From contig CAXXIA010000002.1 of the NCBI GenBank assembly GCA_963666985.2, positions 1,664,001-1,728,000 of the forward strand: 64,000 bases of DNA. Reading direction: 5' to 3'. The DNA is from Spirochaetia bacterium. GTDB lineage: Bacteria > Spirochaetota > Spirochaetia > DSM-2461. The notes under the pieces were generated by a model. That model worked only from the letters and a program-made list of their open reading frames with translations. It had not been told where the DNA came from and did no database searches. Positions 1-9,233 of the stretch are shown here, piece by piece (positions within the stretch are counted from its first letter, which is position 1; each line of letters begins with the position of its first letter). The position numbers and the translations under genes were made by a program.

Positions 1-469
1 TGTCCCGGGCCTTCATCGCCAAATCCGTCGCCCGCAGAGCCGACGATGTTTCCCAGCCGGAAATCATCACCTCGCCGTCGCGGGCGTCGATACCCGCGGC
101 CAGAACTCCCGGTGCATAGGCGGCCCAACGGGCCACCTCGACGGTATCTTTGGCAAGGGCCGTTCCCACAATCATCAAATCGACGCCGAGATCTTCCAGG
201 GCTTTCACGTCGTCAAGACTCCGGATGCCGCCGCCCACATCCAAAATGCCGGGAAACGCCTTGCGAACGGCCGCAATCACGGTCCGGTTGTCGCCCACGC
301 CCCGGGCGGCGTCCAAGTCCACCAGATGAAGCCTTCTCACGCCGGCTTCCGCAAACCCCGCGGCGACGCCCGCGGGGTCATCCTTATAAATCTTTGCCGT
401 ATTGAATAACCCTTCGGTCAGTCGGACGCAGCGACCTTCAATAAGGTCAATAGCCGGTATTGCAATCAT
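1..469 (-). CDS. hisA: ProFAR isomerase (HisA), truncated by window edge
   Basis: Manual translation from ATG 469: MIAIPAIDLIEGRCVRL...RLHLVDLDAA...DVGGGIR; not in ORF track because it runs off the window. Confidence 0.92.
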   Translation of the reverse strand, partial: MIAIPAIDLIEGRCVRLTEGLFNTAKIYKDDPAGVAAGFAEAGVRRLHLVDLDAARGVGDNRTVIAAVRKAFPGILDVGGGIRSLDDVKALEDLGVDLMIVGTALAKDTVEVARWAAYAPGVLAAGIDARDGEVMISGWETSSALRATDLAMKARD

Positions 470-586
470 ATATCCAAGTATAGCCCGCATCCGCCGGCAT
501 GAGGAGACTCGCCGGTTTTCCGGCGGCCGGAAAATCATTATTGAACTTTGCCCACAACCGCCTGATACAGATTCTTGTAGAAGATG

Positions 587-1189
587 TTATTTCGACTCTC
601 CAGAGATAATTGCCGCAAGATCCGTCTTTATTTCATCAAGCCACCGGGTTCTTTCATCTTCAGTACTGTCCGCAATAATCCTGAAAAGCCGGCGATGATA
701 TTTCCGAATACCCAGGAAGCCGAAAACGCACTTTTTCCAGATGCTTTCCAGCGGATCTCCGAAATAGCCATCCTCCCGTTCGGCTTGCGTGTTCCCCGTG
801 TTATAGACAATTCCATATTTCCCGTTCAGTTTTTCTATAGGTAAACCACCACCGGTGTCATCTTGGGAAAAATCATAGGCATAGGGAGGGCGAATCACCC
901 GATCGATATACCCTTTCAAAATGGCCGGCGGCTGCCCCCACCAGTTCGGGTGGATAAAAATAAGTAAATCCGATTCCAGCAGCTCTTCGGCATACTGAAG
1001 CACCAAAGGATCTTCGGATGTATCGGAACCCAATTCACTCACGGTTAAAACAGGATTGAATTGTTCCTGGTATAAATCATGAGCGAAAACAGTCACCCCT
1101 TTTTGTTCCAGAGTCTCAACCGCTGTTGTGAAAATGGCATGGTTAAAACTTTTGGGATAAGGATGAGCCAGAAAAACGCTTGCCTTCAT
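587..1189 (-). CDS. Flavodoxin-fold NAD(P)H-dependent oxidoreductase (quinone reductase family)
   Basis: AHPYPKSFN, DLY, PNWWGQPPAILKGYIDRV motifs. Confidence 0.88.
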   Translation of the reverse strand: MKASVFLAHPYPKSFNHAIFTTAVETLEQKGVTVFAHDLYQEQFNPVLTVSELGSDTSEDPLVLQYAEELLESDLLIFIHPNWWGQPPAILKGYIDRVIRPPYAYDFSQDDTGGGLPIEKLNGKYGIVYNTGNTQAEREDGYFGDPLESIWKKCVFGFLGIRKYHRRLFRIIADSTEDERTRWLDEIKTDLAAIISGESK

Positions 1190-1261
1190 TTGTATTTCCT
1201 TTGCTCTTTAAGCAATATCTCGCGGTGAATATAAAACCGTTAACGATAATCCTGCAAATAG

Positions 1262-1783
1262 CTAACCGGATACGCCGCTTGGTGGCGAGAACCGGGCATC
1301 CAGAAGCTCCCGGATGCAGGAGCACTTGGGCCGTTTGGGATTAACCAGTACCGAGATTTTCCTGTTTTGCTTCAGATATTCCGTGTATTTATTCGAGACA
1401 AGAACACTGGCTTTCCCAGCAAATTCCTGGCCTGAATAACTAAACGTATACAGAATCAGACCCGCGCCGCTTCCGTTCATGTTATCCATTGTGAGACTTT
1501 TTCCGGGAACAAGCTCTCCCCGGGAGCAAAGACGTGAAAACCTGATAATCCGAAACAGGCCAATAATCAGAAAGATCATCGTTACAAGAACCGCTGCGCC
1601 CGTATAAAGAATCCGGGACGATCCTGTAAAATCAATACTGTACATCAGTCCATGCTCCCGTGCGGGAATCCAGCCCGTAAAGGAACCGAAGAGAAGAACA
1701 AGCCATATCAAAACCGGATACAAAAGGCAATTTGTTGTGACTGAATCATTCAGAATCTGTTTTCCAAAACTGTATTTAACCAA
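1262..1783 (-). CDS. Hypothetical membrane protein (2 TM plus small C-terminal beta domain, possibly DUF3592-like)
   Basis: Hydrophobic segments; likely TTG start at 1783 coupled to upstream stop (ORF track extends to 1840). Confidence 0.55.
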   Translation of the reverse strand: MVKYSFGKQILNDSVTTNCLLYPVLIWLVLLFGSFTGWIPAREHGLMYSIDFTGSSRILYTGAAVLVTMIFLIIGLFRIIRFSRLCSRGELVPGKSLTMDNMNGSGAGLILYTFSYSGQEFAGKASVLVSNKYTEYLKQNRKISVLVNPKRPKCSCIRELLDARFSPPSGVSG

Positions 1784-2297
1784 GAGCGTTCCCGTCCTTT
1801 TCCACCAAACCCAGGCTCTCCCGAAGTTTATCCTCTGCAATCCGGGCCTCGATCCAAAATGGAATATTTACAAGAGCTAAACCAAAGGGAGCTAAAACCA
1901 GACCCACAAGAAGCATGGGTTCAAAGGATTCGGCAATCAACGTAACGATAATCGCAGCTGTTGCCACGAAAAAGGCCGGGATTGTTCCGGTAAACCATAC
2001 AATCATGAAAACCAGTACAAACCTGTGCAAACGAAACAGAAGCTCAAGTTCTGTTCCGTCTTCAATTTCATGGATACGTCCGATGAGAATCGGCAAAAAG
2101 CTGTTCCGGTAATGGATTATGCGGTGAATCCTGAACTCCTCCGCACCTACCTCACCACAGAAAATATGCCGACCGTCTTTGGGGTATTGAAACGTGAAGA
2201 GCTTTTGGGCGGACGTTATTGAACGGATTCGCGTATTCAGCTCTTCCGCCGATAAAGATGTTTTCAGTACAACCCTCTTTCTTGGAATCAAACGCAT
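1776..2297 (-). CDS. Hypothetical membrane protein
   Basis: 173 aa ORF with two C-terminal TM helices; TATGAT -10 box 6 nt upstream. Confidence 0.7.
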   Translation of the reverse strand: MRLIPRKRVVLKTSLSAEELNTRIRSITSAQKLFTFQYPKDGRHIFCGEVGAEEFRIHRIIHYRNSFLPILIGRIHEIEDGTELELLFRLHRFVLVFMIVWFTGTIPAFFVATAAIIVTLIAESFEPMLLVGLVLAPFGLALVNIPFWIEARIAEDKLRESLGLVEKDGNALG

Positions 2298-2314
2298 TCT
2301 AAAATCATACTAGA

Positions 2315-2458
2315 GAGGCTCTTTCAAAAATAGTGGATTTGCGTTGTAGACAAGGCCGCCGGAGCGCAGAAAGCGCAGTGTAGTCGCTCTACATGAGCAT
2401 TTCGAGCACCGCCGAACGCTGTATACGAGTCACAAAGACGCATTTTTGAAATAGCCCC
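2315..2458. mobile_element. MITE-like element copy 1 (144 bp)
   Basis: 17-bp TIR GAGGCTCTTTCAAAAAT / ATTTTTGAAATAGCCCC (2 mismatches), flanked by TAGA direct repeats at 2311-2314 and 2459-2462; no ORF. Confidence 0.75.
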
Positions 2459-2847
2459 TAGACTTGCACATCGAATCCCAAGTCAACTTCAGAGGCGGGG
2501 ATTCCGCCCCGAATGCCCCAGTTTTCCAAAGGAACTTCGTGAAGCACGATAAAAACATCCACCGGGGATATTCCCAATTCTCCCAGATTCCCGACTATGT
2601 TCCGGTATAAATTCTTTTTGGCTTCAGGGCTTCTCCCGGCAAACAGGGTTATTTCCACGAGTGTAAAATTCAGGGTTTTTCCGGGCGGCACCTGAAAGTC
2701 CTCCGGAGAATAGGAAACAAACCGGATGTTTCTGTCTTCCTCAAGGATTCCAAGGGCTTCCCTGAGGGCGGAATGAACAGCATTGAACAGGTTTTTCTTT
2801 TCTGCGACTTTTAAAGATCGTCTTGTCTCGATTTTCACCAGCGGCAT
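2458..2847 (-). CDS. Tautomerase family protein (4-oxalocrotonate tautomerase-like)
   Basis: N-terminal Met-Pro, GRSPEAKKNLY, ENWGIRGG motifs. Confidence 0.88.
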   Translation of the reverse strand: MPLVKIETRRSLKVAEKKNLFNAVHSALREALGILEEDRNIRFVSYSPEDFQVPPGKTLNFTLVEITLFAGRSPEAKKNLYRNIVGNLGELGISPVDVFIVLHEVPLENWGIRGGIPASEVDLGFDVQV

Positions 2848-2956
2848 TGGGTTCTCCCATTATTCTTACTTGCTCAATAATATCTTACCCATTAATCTTT
2901 TAAAACGTATAATTGTTCATTCTTCGTTAACCTTGGTTCTGCTTAAGGAGACAACG

Positions 2957-4626
2957 ATGTTTGGCAATATCTTTTTTTATCAAAGACTTGGCCGTTCAAA
3001 ACGATTTCTCATCTCTATAGTAATTCTGTTTTTTTCCTTGTCGCCATTATTCAGTACGGTCATAACCGTCGCCGATTTCGATGTACAGACCTCGGAAGAG
3101 AAATACCGTTTTGTCGGTAAAGGTATATCAGCACTTCTCGCGAATAAACTCAGACAGTCCAGGGCCATTAATCTCGTAGAAAGAGAAAAACTCAATGAAA
3201 TCTTCAAGGAACACGAATTGTCCCTTTCGGGAGTTACTCAAGGTGAAATTCAGTTGGGCGACTTTCTTGATGTGATCTTATCGTTGTCGGTGAAATCCTT
3301 GATATGGGGGATACCTTCCTTATCGATGTTCGGCTCGTGGATATAGAAACCGGTGAAATAGTCTGGTCGGATTCCATAGCCGAAAAACTGAGCCGATACG
3401 ATTTCATTGGTACATACTTTGCCGAAGGAATACTTTCCGAATTTGAAGAAGAAAAAGAAGAGGCAACGACCGGCCGGGTGGCCGAAGAACAAGAGAAAAA
3501 TGAAGAAGCCTTGATTGCCCTGTCGGAAGGTATCGAGGCTTACGACCGGGGAGACGAAAAGAGGGCTAAGGAGAAGCTGAGCAAATCGAACGCTATTGAT
3601 CCGAAAAATGAAGTCACGGCTTACTACTTGTCGAAACTGGTTGTGAACACATCAAGATTCAAGTCACGGCTTGAACCTTTTACAACGTATCAAAATCCCG
3701 CGTTTCTCGGAATTATAAGAACCGACACTATATTGTTTTCGGCAAATCTTCCCCCGGGTTATACCTTTACATCCCTGAGCAATAACCGGATAGACGGTTT
3801 TAACATGACTGAATTTGATACTGATAAATATATTTCCGAAGAGTCGTTTAATATGCTGCTGAGCTATTCGGCTCCTTTAGGGGAAAAATGGGGTTTGCGA
3901 ACATCAATATCAATGTCAGGATTTTCGGACAGACCCTGGGAAAGCTCCTATACAGCATCCAACACTGTTAGTCGTGTCGCCGATGGAATACTTGCAGATG
4001 TCGGCTACTCATTCACAAACAATTGGTCTTTGGGTATCGGATTAGGCGTTTATGTCTCTTCCTATGCCGACCGGGGACCTGCCGCTCCCTTTGTTCAGCC
4101 TGATAAAGCGGTTTATATGGGAACTCTTGGCATGCTGTACCGGACTTTGGACGAAAAACTTATATTCGACAGTTCAATCAGTTTGAGCAGTGAAACTTAC
4201 GATACTATCGACGAGACGACTTTGCAAAAAACAGACGAAGTCATGACTCCTTTTCTGTGGGAAAATACATTGACTTGGTCCTTCAATAAAAAACGGTCTT
4301 CTCTCATTGTGAAGCAGCAAAATTCCATTTGTTTTGATCGTATCTCTTATTACGGAACTCTTGCGCCTGCTTTCGAACAAGTCGCTTCCAATTGGTTTGC
4401 CGTCAGAGCGGGCGGAGAAATCTCTTTTGCCCAACTCAATACATCATCACAAGTCGGGTATGGAGGACTAATCGGTTTTTCATTCTTTAATCCGAAGAGA
4501 ACCTTTGAATTCGATCTCAATACAACCTATAGATTAAGACCCTCAAGGGCCATTGAAGAACTTCTCTATCCGGATTTCATTCTTCATATTGCCTTTGTCT
4601 TTAACGATATAGCTTTATCCAGATAA
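2957..4626 (+). pseudogene. Secreted CsgG/FlgO-like domain protein with probable beta-barrel C-terminus; interrupted by a 1-nt frameshift near 3272
   Basis: AAGGAG RBS then ATG 2957, signal peptide, VADFDV..LVEREKL motif continuing in another frame as DLIVVGEILDMGDTFLIDVRLVDIETGEIVW. Confidence 0.65.
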
Positions 4627-4654
4627 CAGCGTCGGAAAAGAATATTTATTTCGG

Positions 4655-5662
4655 CTACTCCAGCCTCGTCTCCGCCACTCTCCAGGGCAGAGTTTTACCG
4701 GCCATCAGCGGCACGCAGCCTTCGCTTTCGGAGGGAACCGTCCAGGGCTGCCGCTCCAGAACGGTCACGCCTGAATTAGGCCCAACCCTGTAAAAATCAC
4801 GGCCGAAGTCGCAGAGAAAGGGCCGCAGCCTCTCCAAGGCGCCGGCCTCTTCAAACCAGGAAGCCAAAGCCGGCAAAATCATGGGCGCGGAATAAACACC
4901 GGCGGGCGGAGCGGAGGACTCCTTGCGGGCCCTCGGATGAGGCGCGCTGTCGGAACCGAAAAAGAAGCGCTTATCTCCCGAAAGAACGCGTTCCCGAACG
5001 GCTTCTCTGTCCGCGACGGTTTTCACTATCGGTTTGCAGAAAAGATGAGGATTCAAAAGTCCGCCCAAAAGATCGTCGACGGTAAAAAGAAGATGCTGCA
5101 CCGTAACGGTCGCGGCGGTGGGTCCGGAATCATCGGCCACGGCGGCCGCGCCTTCGGCGGAAGAAACATGTTCGAGGATTATTCGAAGCCGGGGAAACGC
5201 GCGGCGAATTTCTTTAAAAACCGGCAGAAAAGCCGCCTCGCGCTCGAAAACAGGCGCCTCGGGTTTTTCTCCATGAAAGCAGAGAACCAAATCCCGCCTT
5301 TCCATGGCGGCCAGAGCCTCTTCAGCCGTTCTCCAGTCCGTAAGTCCTCCGGTGCTGTTCGTCGTGGCTCCGTCCGGGTAGTACTTCCCGGCCACAACCC
5401 CGGCTGCGGCATGAGCGTCAATCTCGTCGGCGCTCATGCCGGGCATCAGACGAAAAGCCGTATGGACGGTCAGCCCGGGAGCGGCCGCCTCGGCGCGCCG
5501 CCGATAGTCAAGTACATCGCGGGGAGAGACAAGCGGCGGAACGGTGTTCGGCATGGCAAGGATACGGCCGAACGCGGAGTGGGCGCGGGCGTAATCGGCA
5601 AGTTCCGGTCCCTGACGTAAATGAACGTGCCAATCGTCAGGACGCGGCAGTTCGAGAATCAC
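4655..5662 (-). CDS. pyrC: Dihydroorotase (homodimeric type)
   Basis: PDDWHVHLR, MPN, KYYPDGATTNS, LEHVS, FCKP, GSDSAPH; GTG start overlaps upstream TGA. Confidence 0.93.
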   Translation of the reverse strand: MILELPRPDDWHVHLRQGPELADYARAHSAFGRILAMPNTVPPLVSPRDVLDYRRRAEAAAPGLTVHTAFRLMPGMSADEIDAHAAAGVVAGKYYPDGATTNSTGGLTDWRTAEEALAAMERRDLVLCFHGEKPEAPVFEREAAFLPVFKEIRRAFPRLRIILEHVSSAEGAAAVADDSGPTAATVTVQHLLFTVDDLLGGLLNPHLFCKPIVKTVADREAVRERVLSGDKRFFFGSDSAPHPRARKESSAPPAGVYSAPMILPALASWFEEAGALERLRPFLCDFGRDFYRVGPNSGVTVLERQPWTVPSESEGCVPLMAGKTLPWRVAETRLE

Positions 5663-6648
5663 GGCGTCATCGTCCGGACAACACGTCCGCGTCTGTCGAT
5701 CAAAGCGATGTTCTCCCCGTCCATCACCAAGGCCCGGCCGTCCCGGAATCCTTCGGCATAGGTAAAACGCGCTCCGATGACAGTCTCGCCTTTTCGGTTG
5801 ATGTAACCCACGAACCCGCCGATTTCCACCGGAGCCAGCCCCTCGGAAAAATCCCCGGCCCATTCAAACAACGGCGGGATCACCTCATCACCCCGCCTGT
5901 TCAGATATCCGGCAAGACCGTCTCGAACAAACAGGGCCCGGCCTTCGCGGAACGGGGCGGCGAAGTTATATTCCGCGGGAATAACCGTTTTACCGCTTCT
6001 GTTGATAAAACCGCCCTTATCGCCGCTCACCGTCAGGGCCAGTCCGTCCGAGTAATCTTGGGCGAACCGATATTCCGGCGGAACAGTCTCCCGGCCGCCG
6101 CGATTAACGAATCCGTATCGGCCGTCTTTAACCACAAGGGCCCTTCCTTCGGAAAAGGGGCCCGCCAAATCGTAATCATGCCTGAAAACCGTTCGTCCCC
6201 GGCGGTTGATATAAGCTCCGCCTTCGCCGTCCCGAACCGAGGCCAGTCCTTCGGAGAAATCACCGGCCTTGCGCCAAACGGGTTTAACCGCCCAGCGGCC
6301 GCGCCGATTCAGATATCCGGCGAACTCTCCGTTCGATGGAACGGCCATGGCCCGTTTCTGCGAAAAGGAGCCTCCGACCGAATATTGGGCCGGAACAACC
6401 GTCTTTCCGCGGGGATTGATCCAGCCGCCCAGGCCGTCAATCACCACAAGGGCCCTCTTCTCGGAAAAATCATCGGCTTCTTCGAAAATCGGGGCGATTG
6501 CCTCGCGTCCCCGTCGGTCGACGAAACCGACGCCGTCGTCCTCGTACAGACGAAAATATCGGGGTCCTTTGCAGGAAATCGCGGAAAAAGACGCGCTCAG
6601 GGATAAAATCACGATAAGAACGGTTGTAAACAGACGGCGAAGCGGCAT
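5659..6648 (-). CDS. WG-repeat (KWG) containing putative lipoprotein
   Basis: Repeated F(S)EG(L/R)A.V..G..G(F/Y)INRRG units; signal peptide ending SAISC. Confidence 0.88.
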   Translation of the reverse strand: MPLRRLFTTVLIVILSLSASFSAISCKGPRYFRLYEDDGVGFVDRRGREAIAPIFEEADDFSEKRALVVIDGLGGWINPRGKTVVPAQYSVGGSFSQKRAMAVPSNGEFAGYLNRRGRWAVKPVWRKAGDFSEGLASVRDGEGGAYINRRGRTVFRHDYDLAGPFSEGRALVVKDGRYGFVNRGGRETVPPEYRFAQDYSDGLALTVSGDKGGFINRSGKTVIPAEYNFAAPFREGRALFVRDGLAGYLNRRGDEVIPPLFEWAGDFSEGLAPVEIGGFVGYINRKGETVIGARFTYAEGFRDGRALVMDGENIALIDRRGRVVRTMTP

Positions 6649-6921
6649 GGTCCACACTATAGCCCGGCGCCCCGATAACGGTCTATGATGGTTCTGTTCC
6701 GCCGGGGAGCCGGCGGTGAAAAGTTCGGCGGAAATTGCAGGACTCGGATGCAATTCAAGCGGGTCCGCGCCGCCGAAAAAGAACGCCGGGAAACCGGCGA
6801 TCGGCGGACAAAGGCGGCTGAACCGTGCCTCCGGGCCGTTGAAAAACAACCTTGCGGCGCATTCCGCCGCAATTCAAAGAATACGGCGCGCCCGCCGAGC
6901 GCGCGAAAGGGCCGAATAACA

Positions 6922-8181
6922 ATGAACGAAAAAAATCTTCCTTTTACCGATCGTCAGCTTCGAGAGATTGTCCGGGAATTTCCCACTCCTTTCCATATTT
7001 ATGACGAAAAGGCCATTCGTGAAAGGGCGCGCTCCTTCGCGGCGGCCTTTGATTGGGCTCCTTCCGGATTCAGGAACTATTTCGCCGTCAAGGCCTGTCC
7101 GAATCCGTGGATTCTGAAACTCCTCGCCGAAGAAGGCATGGGTACCGACAGTTCCTCCATGGCGGAACTGGTTCTCTCGGAAGCCGTCGGCATCATCGGG
7201 GAAAAAGCCTTCTTTACGGCCAACGAAACACCGCTGCAGGAATACCTGAAAGCCAAGGAAATCGGCGCCATCATCAATCTTGACGATATTACTCACCTGG
7301 AATACCTGGAGCAGATCGGACTGCCGGACACGCTTTCGTTCCGTTACAATCCCGGAACGGCAAAAAGAGGCAACGACATCATTGGAAAGCCCGAAGAAGC
7401 CAAATACGGCCTTACCCGGGATCAGATGATCCAGGCTTACGCCCGGGCGCGGGACAAGGGTGTAAAGAAGTTCGGCATGCATACGATGGTCGCGTCCAAC
7501 GAACTCAACGCGGATTATTTCGTTGAAACGGCCGACCTCCTTCTGCAGCTTTTGGCCGACGTAACCGAAGAAACCGGCGTTACCATCGACTTTATCAATT
7601 TCGGGGGCGGCATCGGCATTCCCTACCGCCCGGAAGATAATCCGGTGGATCTGGAAAAAGTTTCCCGCGGAATCAAAAAGCGCTACACCGAATACATCGT
7701 GAACGCCGCGCTGAAGCCCCCTGCGATCTATTTCGAATGCGGCCGCGTTATTACCGGTCCCTACGGCTGGCTTGTTACCGAAGCGATTCACGAAAAACAC
7801 ATTTACAAGGACTATATCGGAGTCAATTCCTCCATGGCGGACCTGATGCGGCCGGGCCTGTACGGCGCCTATCACCACATTACGGTTATGGGAAAGGAAA
7901 AAGAACCGGCCACCGAAACCTACGACATTGTCGGAAGCCTCTGCGAAAACAACGATAAATTCGCCGTCGACAGAAAACTGCCTCCTATCGAACGCGGCGA
8001 TTTGCTCGTTATTCACGACACCGGCGCCCACGGCCGCGCCATGGGCTTCAACTACAACGGCAAACTGAGAACGGGAGAACTCCTGCTGAAGGAAGACGGA
8101 AGCGTCGTCGAAATAAGACGGCGTGAAAACCTGGCCGACTATTTCGCCACCCTGGACTTTCCGGGGCTGCCGAAAGCATGA
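6922..8181 (+). CDS. lysA: Diaminopimelate decarboxylase
   Basis: PTPFHIYDE, FAVKACPN (PLP Lys), FGGGIG, ECGR, GSLCENND, GAHG. Confidence 0.93.
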   Translation: MNEKNLPFTDRQLREIVREFPTPFHIYDEKAIRERARSFAAAFDWAPSGFRNYFAVKACPNPWILKLLAEEGMGTDSSSMAELVLSEAVGIIGEKAFFTANETPLQEYLKAKEIGAIINLDDITHLEYLEQIGLPDTLSFRYNPGTAKRGNDIIGKPEEAKYGLTRDQMIQAYARARDKGVKKFGMHTMVASNELNADYFVETADLLLQLLADVTEETGVTIDFINFGGGIGIPYRPEDNPVDLEKVSRGIKKRYTEYIVNAALKPPAIYFECGRVITGPYGWLVTEAIHEKHIYKDYIGVNSSMADLMRPGLYGAYHHITVMGKEKEPATETYDIVGSLCENNDKFAVDRKLPPIERGDLLVIHDTGAHGRAMGFNYNGKLRTGELLLKEDGSVVEIRRRENLADYFATLDFPGLPKA

Positions 8182-8393
8182 ACAAAGAACTCTCCCGGAA
8201 AACTGCCGTTCTCTGTGACGGCGGCGGTCGGCAAAAATCAACCGCCGCGTTTTCCCCCTTTTACGCGGCCGCCGGCGCTTGCGAATCCGGCTTCGCCGAG
8301 GACTCTTCCGGTACTCTCGACGGCATCGGCGCTTTAAGCGCTCAATGCGTTTCAGACGCTTCCGGCCGAGTGAACCGCGGCGGCCTCGATTAA
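8178..8393 (+). CDS. Small hypothetical protein (71 aa)
   Basis: ATGA overlap with lysA stop and TAATG overlap with next start. Confidence 0.4.
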   Translation: MNKELSRKTAVLCDGGGRQKSTAAFSPFYAAAGACESGFAEDSSGTLDGIGALSAQCVSDASGRVNRGGLD

Positions 8394-8944
8394 TGTTCAT
8401 CAAAGCCGAAATCTGGACGGTCGGTAAAACGGAAAACGGACTGGCGGCCTTGCTGCGTCTTCCCTCATCGGCCCGCTGTGTTCCGGTGTATCTTGAACAC
8501 GACGATGCCTATTCCATTCTGACCTCTCTCTCCGGAACCGAAGAAAAACCGCCGCGCTTTCCCGGTCTTTTCGCGGCATACGGCGCCGCGGTGGGAATTA
8601 GACCTGAGTCCGTGGAAATTCTCAAAACCGGATCCCCGGAAGGTTTCCGCGCCGTTATCCATTTCTCGGGCGACTCAACCCGATTCTCACTTGAGGCGAA
8701 AACTCCGACCGCCCTTTCTTTAGCGATCCGGTGCGGAATCCCCATTTTTCTCGAAAACACCATCGCCGAGGAGGATTCCATCGGCATCAATTTGTCGGAA
8801 ACCGAAATCCCCTTCGCCGTACAGCTTTCACGGCTCAAGAACGAACTCAACAAGCGCGTGAATGAGGAAGACTACGAGCAGGCGGCGCGTTTGCGGGATC
8901 GCATTAAGGTCGTTGAGGAACGAATGCGTTCCGAGGAACAATAA
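8393..8944 (+). CDS. Bifunctional nuclease (DUF151) domain plus UvrB/UvrC motif protein
   Basis: VPVYL..A..I..., ALSLAIRCGIPIFL; C-terminal EEDYEQAARLRDRI. Confidence 0.8.
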   Translation: MFIKAEIWTVGKTENGLAALLRLPSSARCVPVYLEHDDAYSILTSLSGTEEKPPRFPGLFAAYGAAVGIRPESVEILKTGSPEGFRAVIHFSGDSTRFSLEAKTPTALSLAIRCGIPIFLENTIAEEDSIGINLSETEIPFAVQLSRLKNELNKRVNEEDYEQAARLRDRIKVVEERMRSEEQ

Positions 8945-9233
8945 TCCCGGCCGCGGCCGCGCTGAATTCGGTCCTGAAAATGAAGCGGCGGTTTTTCGAA
9001 AAAAGGAAGAAGGTCCGCAGATCCGCTTCGCAAAGCGATTTTGCGGGTTCGGCCGCCGAAGCCGCATCAAGCATGCCGCTTCTTTGACGCCGCAGCAGCC
9101 GCGCCGTCAAAGAGCGAAAGAACAACACGGCCGACGCCGCGCAGGTCATGATATAATAAACAACTTTTACGGATACCCCGGTGAAACTCATCGATTTATA
9201 TGCGAAACTTTCCGGCACCGCGAGGAGGCTCCC

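Noticed and set aside
6660..6921. Lysine riboswitch upstream of lysA
   Set aside because: No recognisable L-box conserved elements or terminator
6874..8403. 509-aa antisense ORF over lysA, and many similar antisense or alternate-frame ORFs in the track
   Set aside because: Shadow ORFs of GC-rich coding strands; no motifs, and they fully overlap well-supported genes
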